Part shown: positions 13,481 through 25,435 of the stretch, piece by piece
How positions within the stretch are numbered: the first letter of the stretch is position 1
Layout of the letters: each line of letters opens with the position of its first letter
NCBI RefSeq assembly: GCF_016433145.1
Contig: NC_058130.1
Location: 737,559,980 to 737,623,979 of the forward strand
Direction: 5' to 3'
Length of the DNA stretch: 64,000 nucleotides
Source: Gracilinanus agilis
Taxonomy: Eukaryota
Notes under the pieces: model-generated
Databases searched by the model: none
Told to the model about the DNA's origin: nothing
What the model saw: only the letters and a program-made list of their open reading frames with translations
Program-made: the position numbers and the translations under genes

Positions 13481-14117
13481 CAATTGCTCCTTGGAAGGAA
13501 AGCTACGGCAAATCAGTACAGTGTGCTAAAGAGCAGAGACATCGCCTTGCCAACAAAGGTCCATCAAAGTCAAAGTTATGGTTTTTCCAGTAGCAATGTA
13601 TGCCTGTGAGAGTGAGACTACAAGAAAAGCTGAGCACCACAGAATCTGCACTTCTGAATTATGGTGCTGGAGAAGACTTTTGAGAGTCTTTTGAATAGTA
13701 AGAAGATCAAATCAGTCAATCCTTAAAGGAATTAATTCAGACTATTCACTGGAAGATAAAATACTGAAGCTAAAGCTTAAATACTACATAAATAAATACA
13801 TAATGAGAAGACAGGAGTCATTAGAAAAGACCCTGATGTTGGGAAAGATTGAAAGCAAAAGGAAAAGGGAACGGAAGATGAGACAGTTTCCTGGAAACAA
13901 CGAACATGTACTTGGACAGACTTTGAGAGATAGAAGGGTCTGACATGGTATGGTCTGTGGGGTCTCAAAGAGTCAGACACAAATGAATGACTGAACAACA
14001 AAATGAATTGAGCTAGATGGTCTGCAAGGTTCTTCCCAACCCAGCATTTATAACTGGCAGAGCCTACAGTCACAGGATAGACATGGCTGAGCAGTCATAC
14101 TGCCCAAGGGGTCTTAC

Positions 14118-14234
14118 CTGCTACTGTGACCAGGCCATAGGCACTTTGTCTTTCTGAAGTGATGAGATTTCCATAAACTGGGGTGAGAGATACAGCTGAG
14201 GTGGTGTTCTGGTCTCCAGGAATTTGTGTCACTC
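14118..14234 (-). CDS. CD320: CD320 stalk exon copy B (117 nt, phase 1-1)
   Basis: ttccatttcag|GA...GCAG|gtaaga. Reads GVTQIPGDQNTTSAVSLTPVYGNLITSERQSAYGLVTVA; 98/117 nt identical to copy C with no indels. Confidence 0.7.
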
Positions 14235-15173
14235 CTGAAATGGAAACAGGTTAGCAGTGTCTAAGAGGAAATCTTAAACCCTATAGTCAGCTACGCCTAA
14301 AGCTAACAGGATATGAGGCTTCCTGCATTTTGGGGCAAGGTTGTAGAGGATTTCTGAGCCTGAAAATGCTGCCAGAGCACACCCACCTGAGTGGTTTAGG
14401 CCAGTGATTTTTGAGCCCATGAACCAATCAGTTCTGGACATAGAGTTACACATGCCTCCTCAAACTAGAGCTCCTTGCCAGGTCTTTCCTCATGGGTCAG
14501 AATCAGAGGGAGACAGGAATGTGAGTTAGAAGCCTTTTCCCACTCCCATCATTGCCTCTGCCCTCCATTATTACTCTACTGATACTTATTATCTGAAACA
14601 GGGAATTTCTGGATTGGAAAAGACCTTAGAGAAAATAAGTTACTTTAAAGAGGACAACATAGAGTATAAGAAAAGGAAAGGAGTTTGCCCAAGTTCAGAC
14701 ACATCCAGACTGGTACATCATAAGATCCCTACCCCCTAAATCTGGCCCCTCTACTCTCTCTGGGTTGCCTAAGGAAATCCCTAAAGGAAGCCAAGCAGAG
14801 GTGCCCTGGGGCATGGGGCATTCTTCACTCTACAGCAGAGGTGCCAGGACCTCTGCAGAGAAACTGGTCCAAAGGCTAAGAACTTCACGTGCTTCTTAGT
14901 AGGAGAGAGATTGCTGGCCCTTGGCCCAGGCAGGAGGAAGGAGTATCCAGCCCAGCAACCAATGGTCCACCTCTCAAAATGAAGGCTCCCTACAGGATAT
15001 GCAAGAGGCTATAGCAGCCTAAGCCTTCAACCTCCCCACAGAAGAAAAAATCTGTACCTGCTATTACAGAATGAGGCATCACAGAAAGGTCATGGAGGTT
15101 CCAGAGCTGATGGAGCCAACACTCTGAAAGCTGACAGATTGGAGATGCTGCCCATATTCAAGGACACTTACAC

Positions 15174-15290
15174 CAGTGGCCATAATTATCCCTTTGGCAC
15201 TCTGATTTCCTGAAGGGACAGCACTCTCATTACCAGGGATGGAAGACACAGCTAACGTGGTAGCCTGATAACCCTTAGCTCCTATAGTCC
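15174..15290 (-). CDS. CD320: CD320 stalk exon copy A (117 nt, or 119 nt with the stronger donor)
   Basis: tttcattgcag|GG acceptor. Reads GTIGAKGYQATTLAVSSIPGNESAVPSGNQSAKGIIMAT, gap-free colinear with copies B/C (14/39 aa identical to B). Donor context is ACTG|gt|gtaagt. Confidence 0.55.
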
Positions 15291-15526
15291 CTGCAATGAA
15301 ACCAGTCGGCTTCAGGTGAGCAGCCCCAGGGTGAGAGGGAGCCTCAGCCCCTACAGATATTTCTTGTCTCTCACCTTGGGACTTCTCTGACTGACTTCTC
15401 CACGATGTCTCAGGGAGCTCATTATTAGGAAAACTTTATCATCCTGCAAGATCCCTTCAACTGTGGGACCCCCTCTTTACTACCCTCTGTCTCTCTGATT
15501 AGCAAAAGGAACTATAAACTCCAATT

Positions 15527-15775
15527 TTGTTGTTTTTGTTCAGTTGTCTGACTCTTTATGTCCCCATTTGGGATTTTCTTGGCAAAGATATGAGTGGTTT
15601 GCCATTTCCTACTACAGCTCATTTTACAGATGAATAAATGAGGCAAATAGGGTTAAGTGATTTGTTCAGGGTTACACAACTAGTATCTGAGGCTGGTTTT
15701 GAACTCAGGTCTTCCCGACTCCAGACCTGGTATTCTATACATTGGACCACCTCGATGTCCTATGAAGCCCCTCAG
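15527..15775 (-). mobile_element. MAR1-like (RTE-tailed) CORE SINE
   Basis: ttttcttggcaaagata..gagtggtttgccatttcc RTE-derived tail plus MIR core. Confidence 0.8.
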
Positions 15776-16377
15776 TTAAGGGAGGGGCCCTCATTTCTCA
15801 CTTAGTTGAATAACTTTGGAACTTCATATCAAGTACTCCCTCCACTAGCTTTTCAGTATCCTTTAAGATTCCTTTACTAAATTATAAACTACTTGAGGAT
15901 AGGGATTTTTTTTTTTCACATTTGTATCCTCAGTGCTTAGCATGGTGCCTGGCATATAGTACATGTTTAATACCTGTTTACTGACTATTAACTATGGTTG
16001 GCTTCATCTGAGACAAAAGGACGAGCATTTGGGTGAGGAAAGCTACCCTGGGTAATGAATGTTTCAGAAGAGGTCTCTGACCTTAGAAATGTATCACAGT
16101 CTGGCAGCCTGAAAGATCCAGGTCAGCAATGACCACATCTAGATTCCCTCCCTAAATTGGAAGACAACTTGCATTTTCCTGTCTCCCATCATCATTCCTC
16201 TCAAGCTTTTCTGATCCACTATCCAGTCTCTGCCTCCATGCTACTTTATCCTGCCATCAAAGCCAAAAGATAAATCCCAAAGAGGCTTCTGAAAGTCTCT
16301 CCTTCCTGGGGCACAAGGCTCATAAGTTTTCCCTCTCCCATGCACCAATGTACATGCACACACTCATGAACACTCAC

Positions 16378-16653
16378 CACAATGATGTTCATCGTTGCCA
16401 CTGGCACAGTCTGAGTGTCCATCACACACCCATGCATGTGGAATGCAAACTCCTGGGGCACACTGGAACCCCTCTTTGGCACAATCTGAGAAGGACGGCT
16501 TCAAATGGCGCTTCTTGCAGTTCACAAACTGCTCATCTGTGCCATTGGGACAATCACTGACTCCATCACAAAATCGATGTTCAGCCAGGCAGGGAGGTGG
16601 CGGGCAGCTGGCCTTAGTCCACAAGTCAGCACATTCAGGTCCTTCACATCTAA
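16378..16653 (-). CDS. CD320: CD320 exon 3: LDLa-like middle module plus canonical LDLa module
   Basis: ttcccag|TT...TGTG|gtgagt, 276 nt, phase 1-1. Contains CPPPPC..FCDGVSDCPNGTDE and CAKEGFQCAPGVCIPHAWVCDGHSDCASGNDEHHC. Confidence 0.9.
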
Positions 16654-17235
16654 CTGGGAAACATGTTTCAGAGGGACACCGTTCCTCCCCATGGGCACAA
16701 GGCTCTGCCCCTGTTCATAAGTAAGAAAAAAGGTTAGTCAAGATATAATGAATTAGGCTACAGGCTAAAGGAATTATATTGAAAACAGAAAACTTTCCTC
16801 GATAGTTAGATTGTCACTGGTAGTTGTAAGAGGGAGGGAGAACTATGGAGTCCAGGGAAAGATGGGATAGCCTTAGTGAATGGAATGAAAGAGAGCTAAT
16901 ACTGGAGACTCTCTTCAGACCACTGTAATCTATAAGAACATAACTGATGCCCCGACTTGTTCTACCTTACACAGATTTCACTCCCCAGAATCTGTAAGGT
17001 AATTAACCCATCTCTTGAATTAGTCTTCACTTCTATCCCCTTCTCCATAACACAAACATAATCCTTGACTAGCCTGAGGGCAAGTCGGCAAGCAAGCAAC
17101 TAGTGAAGAACAGAAAGCTGTGGGGCCAGAAGGGGTAAAAGGGTACCTAAACAATTTGGTTCAGCTCTGCTCAATCCAGCCCCTGGCTGAGTCACCTACT
17201 GCCCGCCCCGTTCCAGGACTATGAAGTCCACTTAC

Positions 17236-17355
17236 AGCAGGAAGTTTCATCTCTGCCATCTGAACAGTCTCTGTCACCATCACACAGCCACTCAGAGGGA
17301 ATACAGATGCCAAAGCCACATGAGAACTTAGATGGTGGGCATGGCTGTTCGGTAC
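17236..17355 (-). CDS. CD320: CD320 exon 2: first LDLa module
   Basis: ttcccag|GT...TGCT|gtaagt, 120 nt. Reads [35 protein letters not shown], with six Cys and the acidic Ca-binding cluster. Confidence 0.92.
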
Positions 17356-18445
17356 CTGGGAAACAGGTGAAAAGAAAGCATGGATAAAACAAAGTATCAC
17401 CAGGCTGGTCTAAAGCAACACAGCTAGGATGACAGGTGACACAGAGTATGGTGAGGGTGAATGTGAGCCTGACTCAAAATCAAAAGCCTTTGTCTCTCAC
17501 TCCTTGCTCTACTACACACCAGCTCTAAGTTTTCTTGCCCTCAGATTATTATCTTAAAATGACAAGGTGAGGGGGAGGAAGGGAGTAAAGAGAAGGCTGG
17601 ATAGAACAGATGGATGGATAGATAGATAACAAAATAATATCCTGGGCTTCATTACTTTCTCCAGAAAAGCTGCACCTCCATTAATTATAAATGAGTTTGT
17701 TGCAAATTTAGAAATACAGCAAAGAAGAATTCTTTTTTTCCCCCTAGAAACCATGTATTCCCTTCTACCTCATCTACGCCAGAGGTTCTCCTCCACAGAA
17801 TTACACAGGTTTTCCCCTCTGACATTGATGGGAAAGGGCTAACTCCCTTGATTTGACAAAGTCTTGATGGGAGTAGGTCCATGGGAATTTGACCAACCAA
17901 AGTCAATTCAACATTACCCCAAACAGAGCAAAAGATCCCCTGGGGCTATATGCCATTTCTAGTGGAGGGAGCTGAGAGAGAGGGAAGCTTCAGGAACATG
18001 TTTCTGTGCCCAAGCTGAATGAGCTGTGCCAGAACAGAGAGTGCCAATCAGTAGGGTACTAGACTTGAAGTCTAAAGAATTTGGCTTTGACTCATCTTAG
18101 ACACTAACTGTACAACTAAAGGTAAAGTCATTTCTCTGTAGTTCAGTTGCTTCATGTATACAAAGAGAATAAAAAATAGCTATAACTAACATTTATATAG
18201 TGCTTTAAGATCTGCAAAGCACTTTGCAAACATTATCTCATTTGATCCTCAGGACAATCCTGCAAGGGAGGTGTCATTATTATCCCTATTTTATGGTTTG
18301 GAAAATTGAAGCAGACAGAGCTCAAAGTGATTTGCCCAGGATGTCACAGCTATGAAGTGTTTGAATTCAGGTCTTCCTGACTCCAAGCCCAACACTCTAT
18401 CCACCTAGCTTATAACCATAATGATAACAAAAGCTTTCTCAGGTT

Positions 18446-18615
18446 AGCTAGGTGGCTCAGAAGATAGACATGAGGCCCTGAGTTATGACATCAGATGTGT
18501 CCTTAGATATATGACCCTGGGCAAGTCACTTAACCCCAATTACCTCATCCTTACCCTCTTCTGCTTGGAACCGATACTCAGTATCAATTCTAAGGTGGAT
18601 GATAAGGGTTTTTAA
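18446..18615 (+). mobile_element. SINE1_Mdo-like SINE (older)
   Basis: gctaggtggctcag head, CORE, ttctaagg..gataagggttttt tail. Confidence 0.75.
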
Positions 18616-18964
18616 ATAATACCTACCTCATACAACTGTCATGCATCTAAAATGAAATACTGTACATAAAATGTTTTACAACCCATATAGGGCTAGACAA
18701 ATGTCCATTTTTGTTATTATTATTAAAGTTGATGCACCCCAAAGTAGAGAAAAATAAAGAGCTTCAAACCAACTCACTTTATAGAGGACTGAATAAAGTT
18801 AAGAGTAGGGACTGAATTTAAACCTACATTTTCTAACTCCAAGAGCTTCCATAATCGCCCTACTCCACCTCCCCAAATACCCTGCTACAAAGTCCAATCT
18901 CTCACCTGTCTCTTGAACTGTTTGATGGACATCCACAAGGGAAGCAAAAAAAGAGTGCTGTTTA

Positions 18965-19131
18965 CCTTTGTTTTTACCCTTATATTCTGTCTGAAGAGTG
19001 GTAAGGGCTGGGCAATAAGTTTTAAGTGATTTTCCCAGGATCTAGGAAGTATCTGAGGCCACATGTGAACCCACTCAGTACCTCCTGTCTCTAAGCCTGG
19101 CTCTCAATCCACTAAGCCAGCTAGCTACCCC
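18965..19131 (-). mobile_element. SINE1_Mdo-like SINE (internally deleted)
   Basis: Reverse-complement head ctagctacccc and tail agagtggtaagggctgggc. Confidence 0.7.
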
Positions 19132-21822
19132 TTTACCCTTTATACTTGACCCTGCTCCCAGAAGATAATCACTTTATACGCTAAAAACTCATGAGCTCAG
19201 TTGCCCTCATAGAAGTTCTTCACAGAAACTCTACCAAACTCTGAGAACCCACTGTACTTCCTGAAAGTGGAAGGTACTGGCCTCAGGCCACATATCCTCC
19301 CCAACAACCAGGTGTTGTTCCCAAAGTGAAGGCTCACTTGGGGAACTGGGCAAAGAAAAAGAACTCCCTTAAGCCTCTCTCCTGATAATAGGGCCCTGAA
19401 TACATCCTACAGCCCACTTCATGAAGGGAAGTATAAATCAATAAAAGTTCAGATTTAGTGGAGCCAACAGAGTACACACAGAGATAAACCAAGCCAAGCT
19501 ACCAGTTGCAATGACTAGTCCATTTGTTTTCAGAATGGACAGGGCTCTTATTACCTAGTTTGAGGAACACAGTTAATATGGTGCTGTGGCCTCCAAAAGA
19601 TTCTATGATCACTGAAATGGAGACAGCCCCAGCTCAGTAATCTCAGGGAAAATGGGAACCTCAGCCCCTATACCTAACTGCAACTGAGCTCACACCCTGA
19701 GGCTTAAGACTACCTGGATTGAGGTTCCAGAGCCTCAAGATGACGAAGAACCTACCCAACTTGAGGGACCCAAACCAGTCTTAGCCAAGGCCTCCTTTTA
19801 AGGAGGGATTAGAATATATATAACCCAGTGGAATTGCTTGTCAACTCTAAGAGGGGGGAGGAATGAGGGGAGGGAAAAAACATGAATCATGTAACCATGT
19901 CAAAACAATTTTAAATAATAAAATAAAATGTATTTGTAATGACAAAAAAATAAAATTCATAAAATTGCTAATTTAAAAAAATAAAAAGAACTTGGCAGTA
20001 ATAAATGTTTACTGTCTATTGTTATTGTCACCAAACACGGAAAGAGGGCAGGAAGATCCACAGAACAGTAGTAGAATTGAAAGGAATTCAGAGAACCTCA
20101 ATTTCATCCCCTACATTTTACAGGTTAGACAAATGAGGTCCAATTTGCTCAAGGTCACTCACTGAGTTAATCACAAAACTGGAGCTTGAATCCTGGTTAT
20201 GTGACTCCCAACCACCACAGACGTTCCATGAGTATAGATCTTGTCTTCCCACTATAACCTTTCCATTAATGCACTATCTCCAATAAGCTATCTAAACCAG
20301 TTGTCTCCATTTTTTTTCTATTTGCTCTTTATTTCCTCAGTCACCTTCAGTTCTGCCAAGCCAAATCTTAAATCCTCACAATGGCCAGCCCTTGATTGAC
20401 CTCTGTAGAGCCTTCTCAGAAAGCTCCAGCCCAGAGAACCCAGAATTCTCTAGCTTCTATCATACTAAAATATTGTACTCTTTATGTACATTTCCCTTCT
20501 CTGAGAGATCAGAAGGCAGAGCCCAGACAATCTCTCCATGCTCAGGTTATCTCAAACAAATGAAGGTGGGACACAAACCAAGGCAACCCAACAATCTTAC
20601 TGGAAAGAAAAGAGGTACAATTTGTGAACAGGTGGTTATGATTGTTAAGCAAGGCAATTTGGGGGGGGGGGAGTGAAAAAGGTGGGTGGGGGAGGGGGCA
20701 CAGGCCTAAAAAGCAAACTAAAACTCTGAGAAACCAAAGGGAGGGCACCAAGAGAAGTACAGGAAGGCTTCCCTTACTCAAAAACATCTTTCCCTTCCTA
20801 TCTTTATTTTCTCCTCTATAAAAAGCAGGGTTTGACTAGATGATTTCTAACAACCTCTCCAATTCTGACAATGAGCTTTCATCCCAGCTATAGCAGAGCC
20901 TGCATTCCTCCCTAGGCTTTTCGTTCTAGTAGACTGCTTTTTGCCTCTTTTTGTATCTTCAGAGCTTAGCATAGTACCTGGCACATAGTAGATGCTTAAT
21001 AAATATTTATTGAATTTAATTGAATAAGATCTTCTCACAGGTCTGTGATGCTTTTAGGAGCACAGAACAGCAGAAGCTGAGCAGAGCTCAGAGACCAACA
21101 AGCCCAACCCCCCTCATCTTAGAGAGGACAGAGCTCAGGTCACAGAAAGTCAGTGGCTAAGCCTGTAACTATACTATGGTTCTGGTTTGCCCATTCTTTC
21201 CCTGTCCCTTTGCTCACCGTGTGTCATGTCTTGCCAGCACACTATCAACTGGGCCTTCCTCCTTACATCTTCCTCTTCATTTTAACAGTTATTGTTAAAT
21301 GATTACCAACTAACTTTTGGGAATGCTTGTCTTTCCCACCTGCCTGAATTTCTTAGGAAAAAGAAGTAATTTAATCTTACTTCCTCACCTTTTCTTTTTT
21401 GAAGCCTCTGGTTTTCTTCAAGGCTGAGGTGAGCTGCCATTTTTCCCCAGAGAAACCATTCTGGATTTTTCCAGTGATTTTCAAACTCTCTAGTATTTAT
21501 TTGTCTGTGTACATGCAGAATATGAGCATATGAAGGCAGGGGCTGTCATGTTCCCTTTTTTTTTTCCAAGCAATATAACTATATATATTTATAATTCAGG
21601 GCCCTCAAAAGAAATGGTCACTAAGAACAAAGTTTGGAGTCATTATTAAAAAAAAAAGTTTGGAGTCATGAAAAAAGCTAAACTTTAAACATCTCTAGTA
21701 AGATGCAATTGGGGAAACGGCATTAAATCTCCAAATAGTTACTTGAAAATCACCTTTAAAATGTTATATGCCCTTGGACTCTCACACGTAGGCACTTGGT
21801 AACTGTTAAGATGAAGAGGAGG

Positions 21823-22011
21823 GGGGCAGCTGGGTAGCTCAGTGGAGTGAGAGTCAGGCCTAGAGACAGGAGGTCCTAGGTTCAAACCCGGCCTCAGCTA
21901 CTTCCCAGCTGTGTGACCCTGGGCAAGTCACTTGACCCCCATTGCCCACCCTTACCACTCTTCCACCTATGAGACAATGCAAAGAAGTACAAGGGTTTAA
22001 AAAAAAAAAAA
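21823..22011 (+). mobile_element. Young SINE1_Mdo-like SINE
   Basis: Full head, CORE and tail; TSD approx aagatgaagagga/aagatgaaaagga. Confidence 0.92.
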
Positions 22012-22748
22012 GATGAAAAGGAGGATGTAAAGAGGAAGGCCCAGCTGACATCAAGGTGCTGGCAAGACATGAGACACAATGAACAAAGGGACAGGGAGAG
22101 AATGGACAAACAGAAGCACCCTGCTAGGCTTCCGAGAATGTGACCCCAGACTGAAACCAAAGCTCTGAATAAAGTAGAACCACCTAACAGCCAGGATTAT
22201 CAAAGCTGAGTGGGGAGGACTCCTGAGTGGATGAGGAAACTGAGGTTCCTAGGCTGGGGCTGTAGTAGAAAAGATACCAGGGTGAGGCCGAGGGAGCTGC
22301 CTGAGCCCCTCAGAGGAGAGAGGGTCATTAATGACCAGCTGGGTGACCCACCTCGAATCCTTCACCTCTCTGCACCACTTTTCCCAGAGAGTACAATGGA
22401 GTATTTGAACCAGGTTACCATAAGGGGCTATTCAGTAAGGCCTTTCCCATCAGTGCAGGGCGTCAAGGGCCGGTTGGCCTGTGATCACAAGGGTCTTCAC
22501 TACCAAGAGCCCAGCTCACGCCACGACCCCCATTTTCGCCCCTCCCCCTCGGGCTCCTCCCAGTCTGTGCCCCTCAGGGGAGCAGCACAACGACCCAAGC
22601 CATGTGGAGAAGCTGGGGGAGTGACCTTGACTGACGGATGGAAAGACCAATGGAGGGTGGGCGTGGGGGCGGGGCCTAGCGGAAGATGAAAGAACGGCCC
22701 AACTAGAAGCAAGATTAGAAGGGGAAAGGGCTCTCCAAAAGAACTCAC

Positions 22749-22863
22749 CTTCTCGGCGGGCTAAGGTCAGAGGCTGCACCGGAGCCGGAGGCAGGCTGAG
22801 AGCTAGAGCTCGCTCCAGCCCCGCCATAAGCAGGGGCAACAGCCGCAGCAGCACACCCGCCAT
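22749..22863 (-). CDS. CD320: CD320 exon 1 (signal peptide)
   Basis: ATG at 22863; MAGVLLRLLPLLMAGLERALALSLPPAPVQPLTLARRE then G|gtgagt. Lies in a CpG-rich island; phase matches exon 2. Confidence 0.8.
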
Positions 22864-23170
22864 GCCCTACTACAGACAGACTGGCCGACCTCAGTGCGTC
22901 CTCCTCTCTCCGCCCCAGTCAGGGACACGCGCACGCGCTCCTGGGCGCGCTCTTTCGGGTTGAGTGGGATGGAGAGCGCATGTGCAGTCCCAGCAACATT
23001 TACCACCACTACCACCACCACCACCCCCACTCCCAAAACCTTATTCATGATTCGCATATGTTCACAGCTACTGGGCGACCCTTGTGCTAGTTCCCCTGGA
23101 AGCTTCGCTGGGATCCACGCCTCCCAACACACCCATAAACGCCTTTGAGGGCGGGTGCATTTGCTCTTTT
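22864..23170 (-). promoter_or_regulatory. CD320 CpG-rich promoter/5'UTR
   Basis: CpG-dense; GC box ctccgcccc near 22910; NRF1-like GCGC-rich motifs near 22927-22985. Confidence 0.55.
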
Positions 23171-23694
23171 CTCTGGCGAAAAATCAAAGCCCTGAGGCTT
23201 TGTGGAGGCCAACAAAGCTAGGCTGGAGGATTCATAACTCCATTGCACCCAGGAAATACCTGTGCCAAAGGCATCCAAAGAGCTAGAGATGAGTAATGGA
23301 GAGGCTTGAATGGGTCCTGCCCTGAGCACTGGGCCAAGCAATCCCCCTCCGAGCCTCATCTTTGGGGGTGGGGGTGTCCCTAGCGGAGTTAAGACCTTAA
23401 CATCATATAAGGATAAGCTGTTAGCATTACCCCCTCTCCCCACTCGACCTTGGAATCAGAAGACCGCAGTGAGAATTTTGCCTCTTTATACTTAATAGTG
23501 GTGATCCTGGGCTATAACTTACTGAGTGGCAGTTTCTCCATCCTGAGTATACAGTCTTTACCTTATGAATAACAAATAAGTCAATGTATGTATGGCTTTT
23601 TGTAAACCTTAAAATGTCATCTAGATACTTGCTACTATTATTACAGTGAGGCAATAGAGAACTTTAGTGAATTGGGGATTAAGGAAGCTGAGAG

Positions 23695-23920
23695 CCTATG
23701 GAAAGATCACTGGACCTGTAGTCAAAAAGGTCAATTGCTGTCTCAGCCACTTACTGGCTATGTGATCCTGGGCAAGACATTTAACCTATTTGCCCCAGTT
23801 TCCTCAACTGTAAGGTGGGGGCAATAATAACCCCTATCTCTCAGGGTTGTTTGGAAAATAAAGTGAGACACTTATAATGCATTTTTCAAGCCTTAAAGGC
23901 TACATGAATGCTAGCTCTTA
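23695..23920 (+). mobile_element. MIR-type SINE
   Basis: cagtttcctcaactgtaag..ataataacccctatctctcagggttgtt. Confidence 0.7.
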
Positions 23921-25435
23921 TCCTTAAAGGTACTAGAGGGAGAACTTTGACAAGTCTATACAAGTTGGAAAGTCATCCAATATGAGCCCAGTAAATGAAC
24001 TATCTTCTGAGGACTAAACTGGTCTCTCCCACCTACTCAAAAATCTTTAGGGGCTCCCAATTGTCTTTGAATAAAATACAAACTTCTAATCCTGGCATTT
24101 AAAGCCTATTCAATCTGCATTCAAACTTTCAACCAATCAATAAACATTAAATTTCTACTTTGTGCCTCTGCATCTTTGCACTTTGACACACTATGGGTTA
24201 TCTTGTTCCCCCACCGTCTCCACTTCCAATGGAACAGGTAAATTCCATGAGGGCAGGCAATGTTTTTTCCTTTTTGTCTATATACTCTCAGAATCCAACC
24301 AAACTGGCCTAATAGTTGTTTCCTAAACATCAGCATTCTATCTCCTGTCTCCCTACATTCATAATAGGATGATATCATTGCCTGGAATGTATTTGCTGGC
24401 TTATCCCCTTCTCAGAATCTTATGTTTCCATCAAAGGCCAACTCAAAGACACCTCCACCTTTCTTAACCCTTCCACCCCAACACACACAAGTTATTTATA
24501 TTCTCTCCTTACCAAAATTACTTTGTTGTTTCCCCTAACACAGGTCCACTTCTTGAGGGGAGGCACTGATTTCCTTTTGTCTTTGTTCCTCCAGCACCTG
24601 CCACATTGCCATACACATACCAGATACTTAGTCAACGAACACGAACAGTATAGTTTCTAACTGTGCAGTTACTATGTGTCTCCAGAATTTTTACACTAAA
24701 AAAGGGTCCACGTATTCAAAAAGGTTTGAGTACCACTTATCCAGTTCAGGCTCTACCTAAGGCAGGACTCTTTCATCTAAAAACAACAGCTCTAACAAAT
24801 GGCCATCCCAGGCGCTACTTGACAATCTCTATATAGTGAACTCTCTACTTTATAAGCCAACTTATTCTAATTTCTGAATAACTCTTCATAATGAGTTGCT
24901 TTCTGCTACTGCATAGCTTTCCAACATTCTTAGTAGTGTTCTCTGAGACCAAGGAGTAAATCTGCTCCCTCTTTTCTATCACAACTTACATATTATCATA
25001 AGTAATCTTTTTAGGTAAAATAGTGCAGGACCTTCAAGTGACCCTTGTATCTTGTGGGATTTTTTAATTCCCACAAATCCCGCCTTACATCCAAATATGC
25101 TCCAGCTTGGCAACTCAACTCACAAATATTCATTAAAATGTATTTATTTTTTAGTCTATATTTGTCATGTTACCGGCAGAGGAATTCTCTCTACAAATGC
25201 CAATTTACTGATATTCTGCAAATTTCCTGGGGCCCTACGAGGTTATGTGATTTGCCCAGAATCACAGTGCTAGTGTATGTGAGACAGGACTGGAACCCAG
25301 CTCTTCTGGACATGAAGGGGCAGTGCCCTACCTACTAACCCATAAATAATGTTTTGCAAATTACCTCTCTTCTCCCTACCTAAATAGGAGAGGAGGGATT
25401 AAAGAAATGATGTATGCATCAAAAAGTCATTCATG

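Larger units (their letters stand above)
11851..14003 (+). mobile_element. RTE (BovB-like) LINE, 5'-truncated and internally deleted, with two nested SINEs
   Basis: Frameshifted RT fragments (FTDYTKASDCMDRNKMW, LNIKKTKVMAT, IFLGSKIT); 3' end ggggtctcaaagagtcagacac..actgaacaacaaaa. Confidence 0.9.

Noticed and set aside
22210-22689. 159-aa plus-strand ORF in CD320 intron 1
   Set aside because: GC-rich promoter-proximal sequence with few stops, non-ATG start and no recognisable motif.
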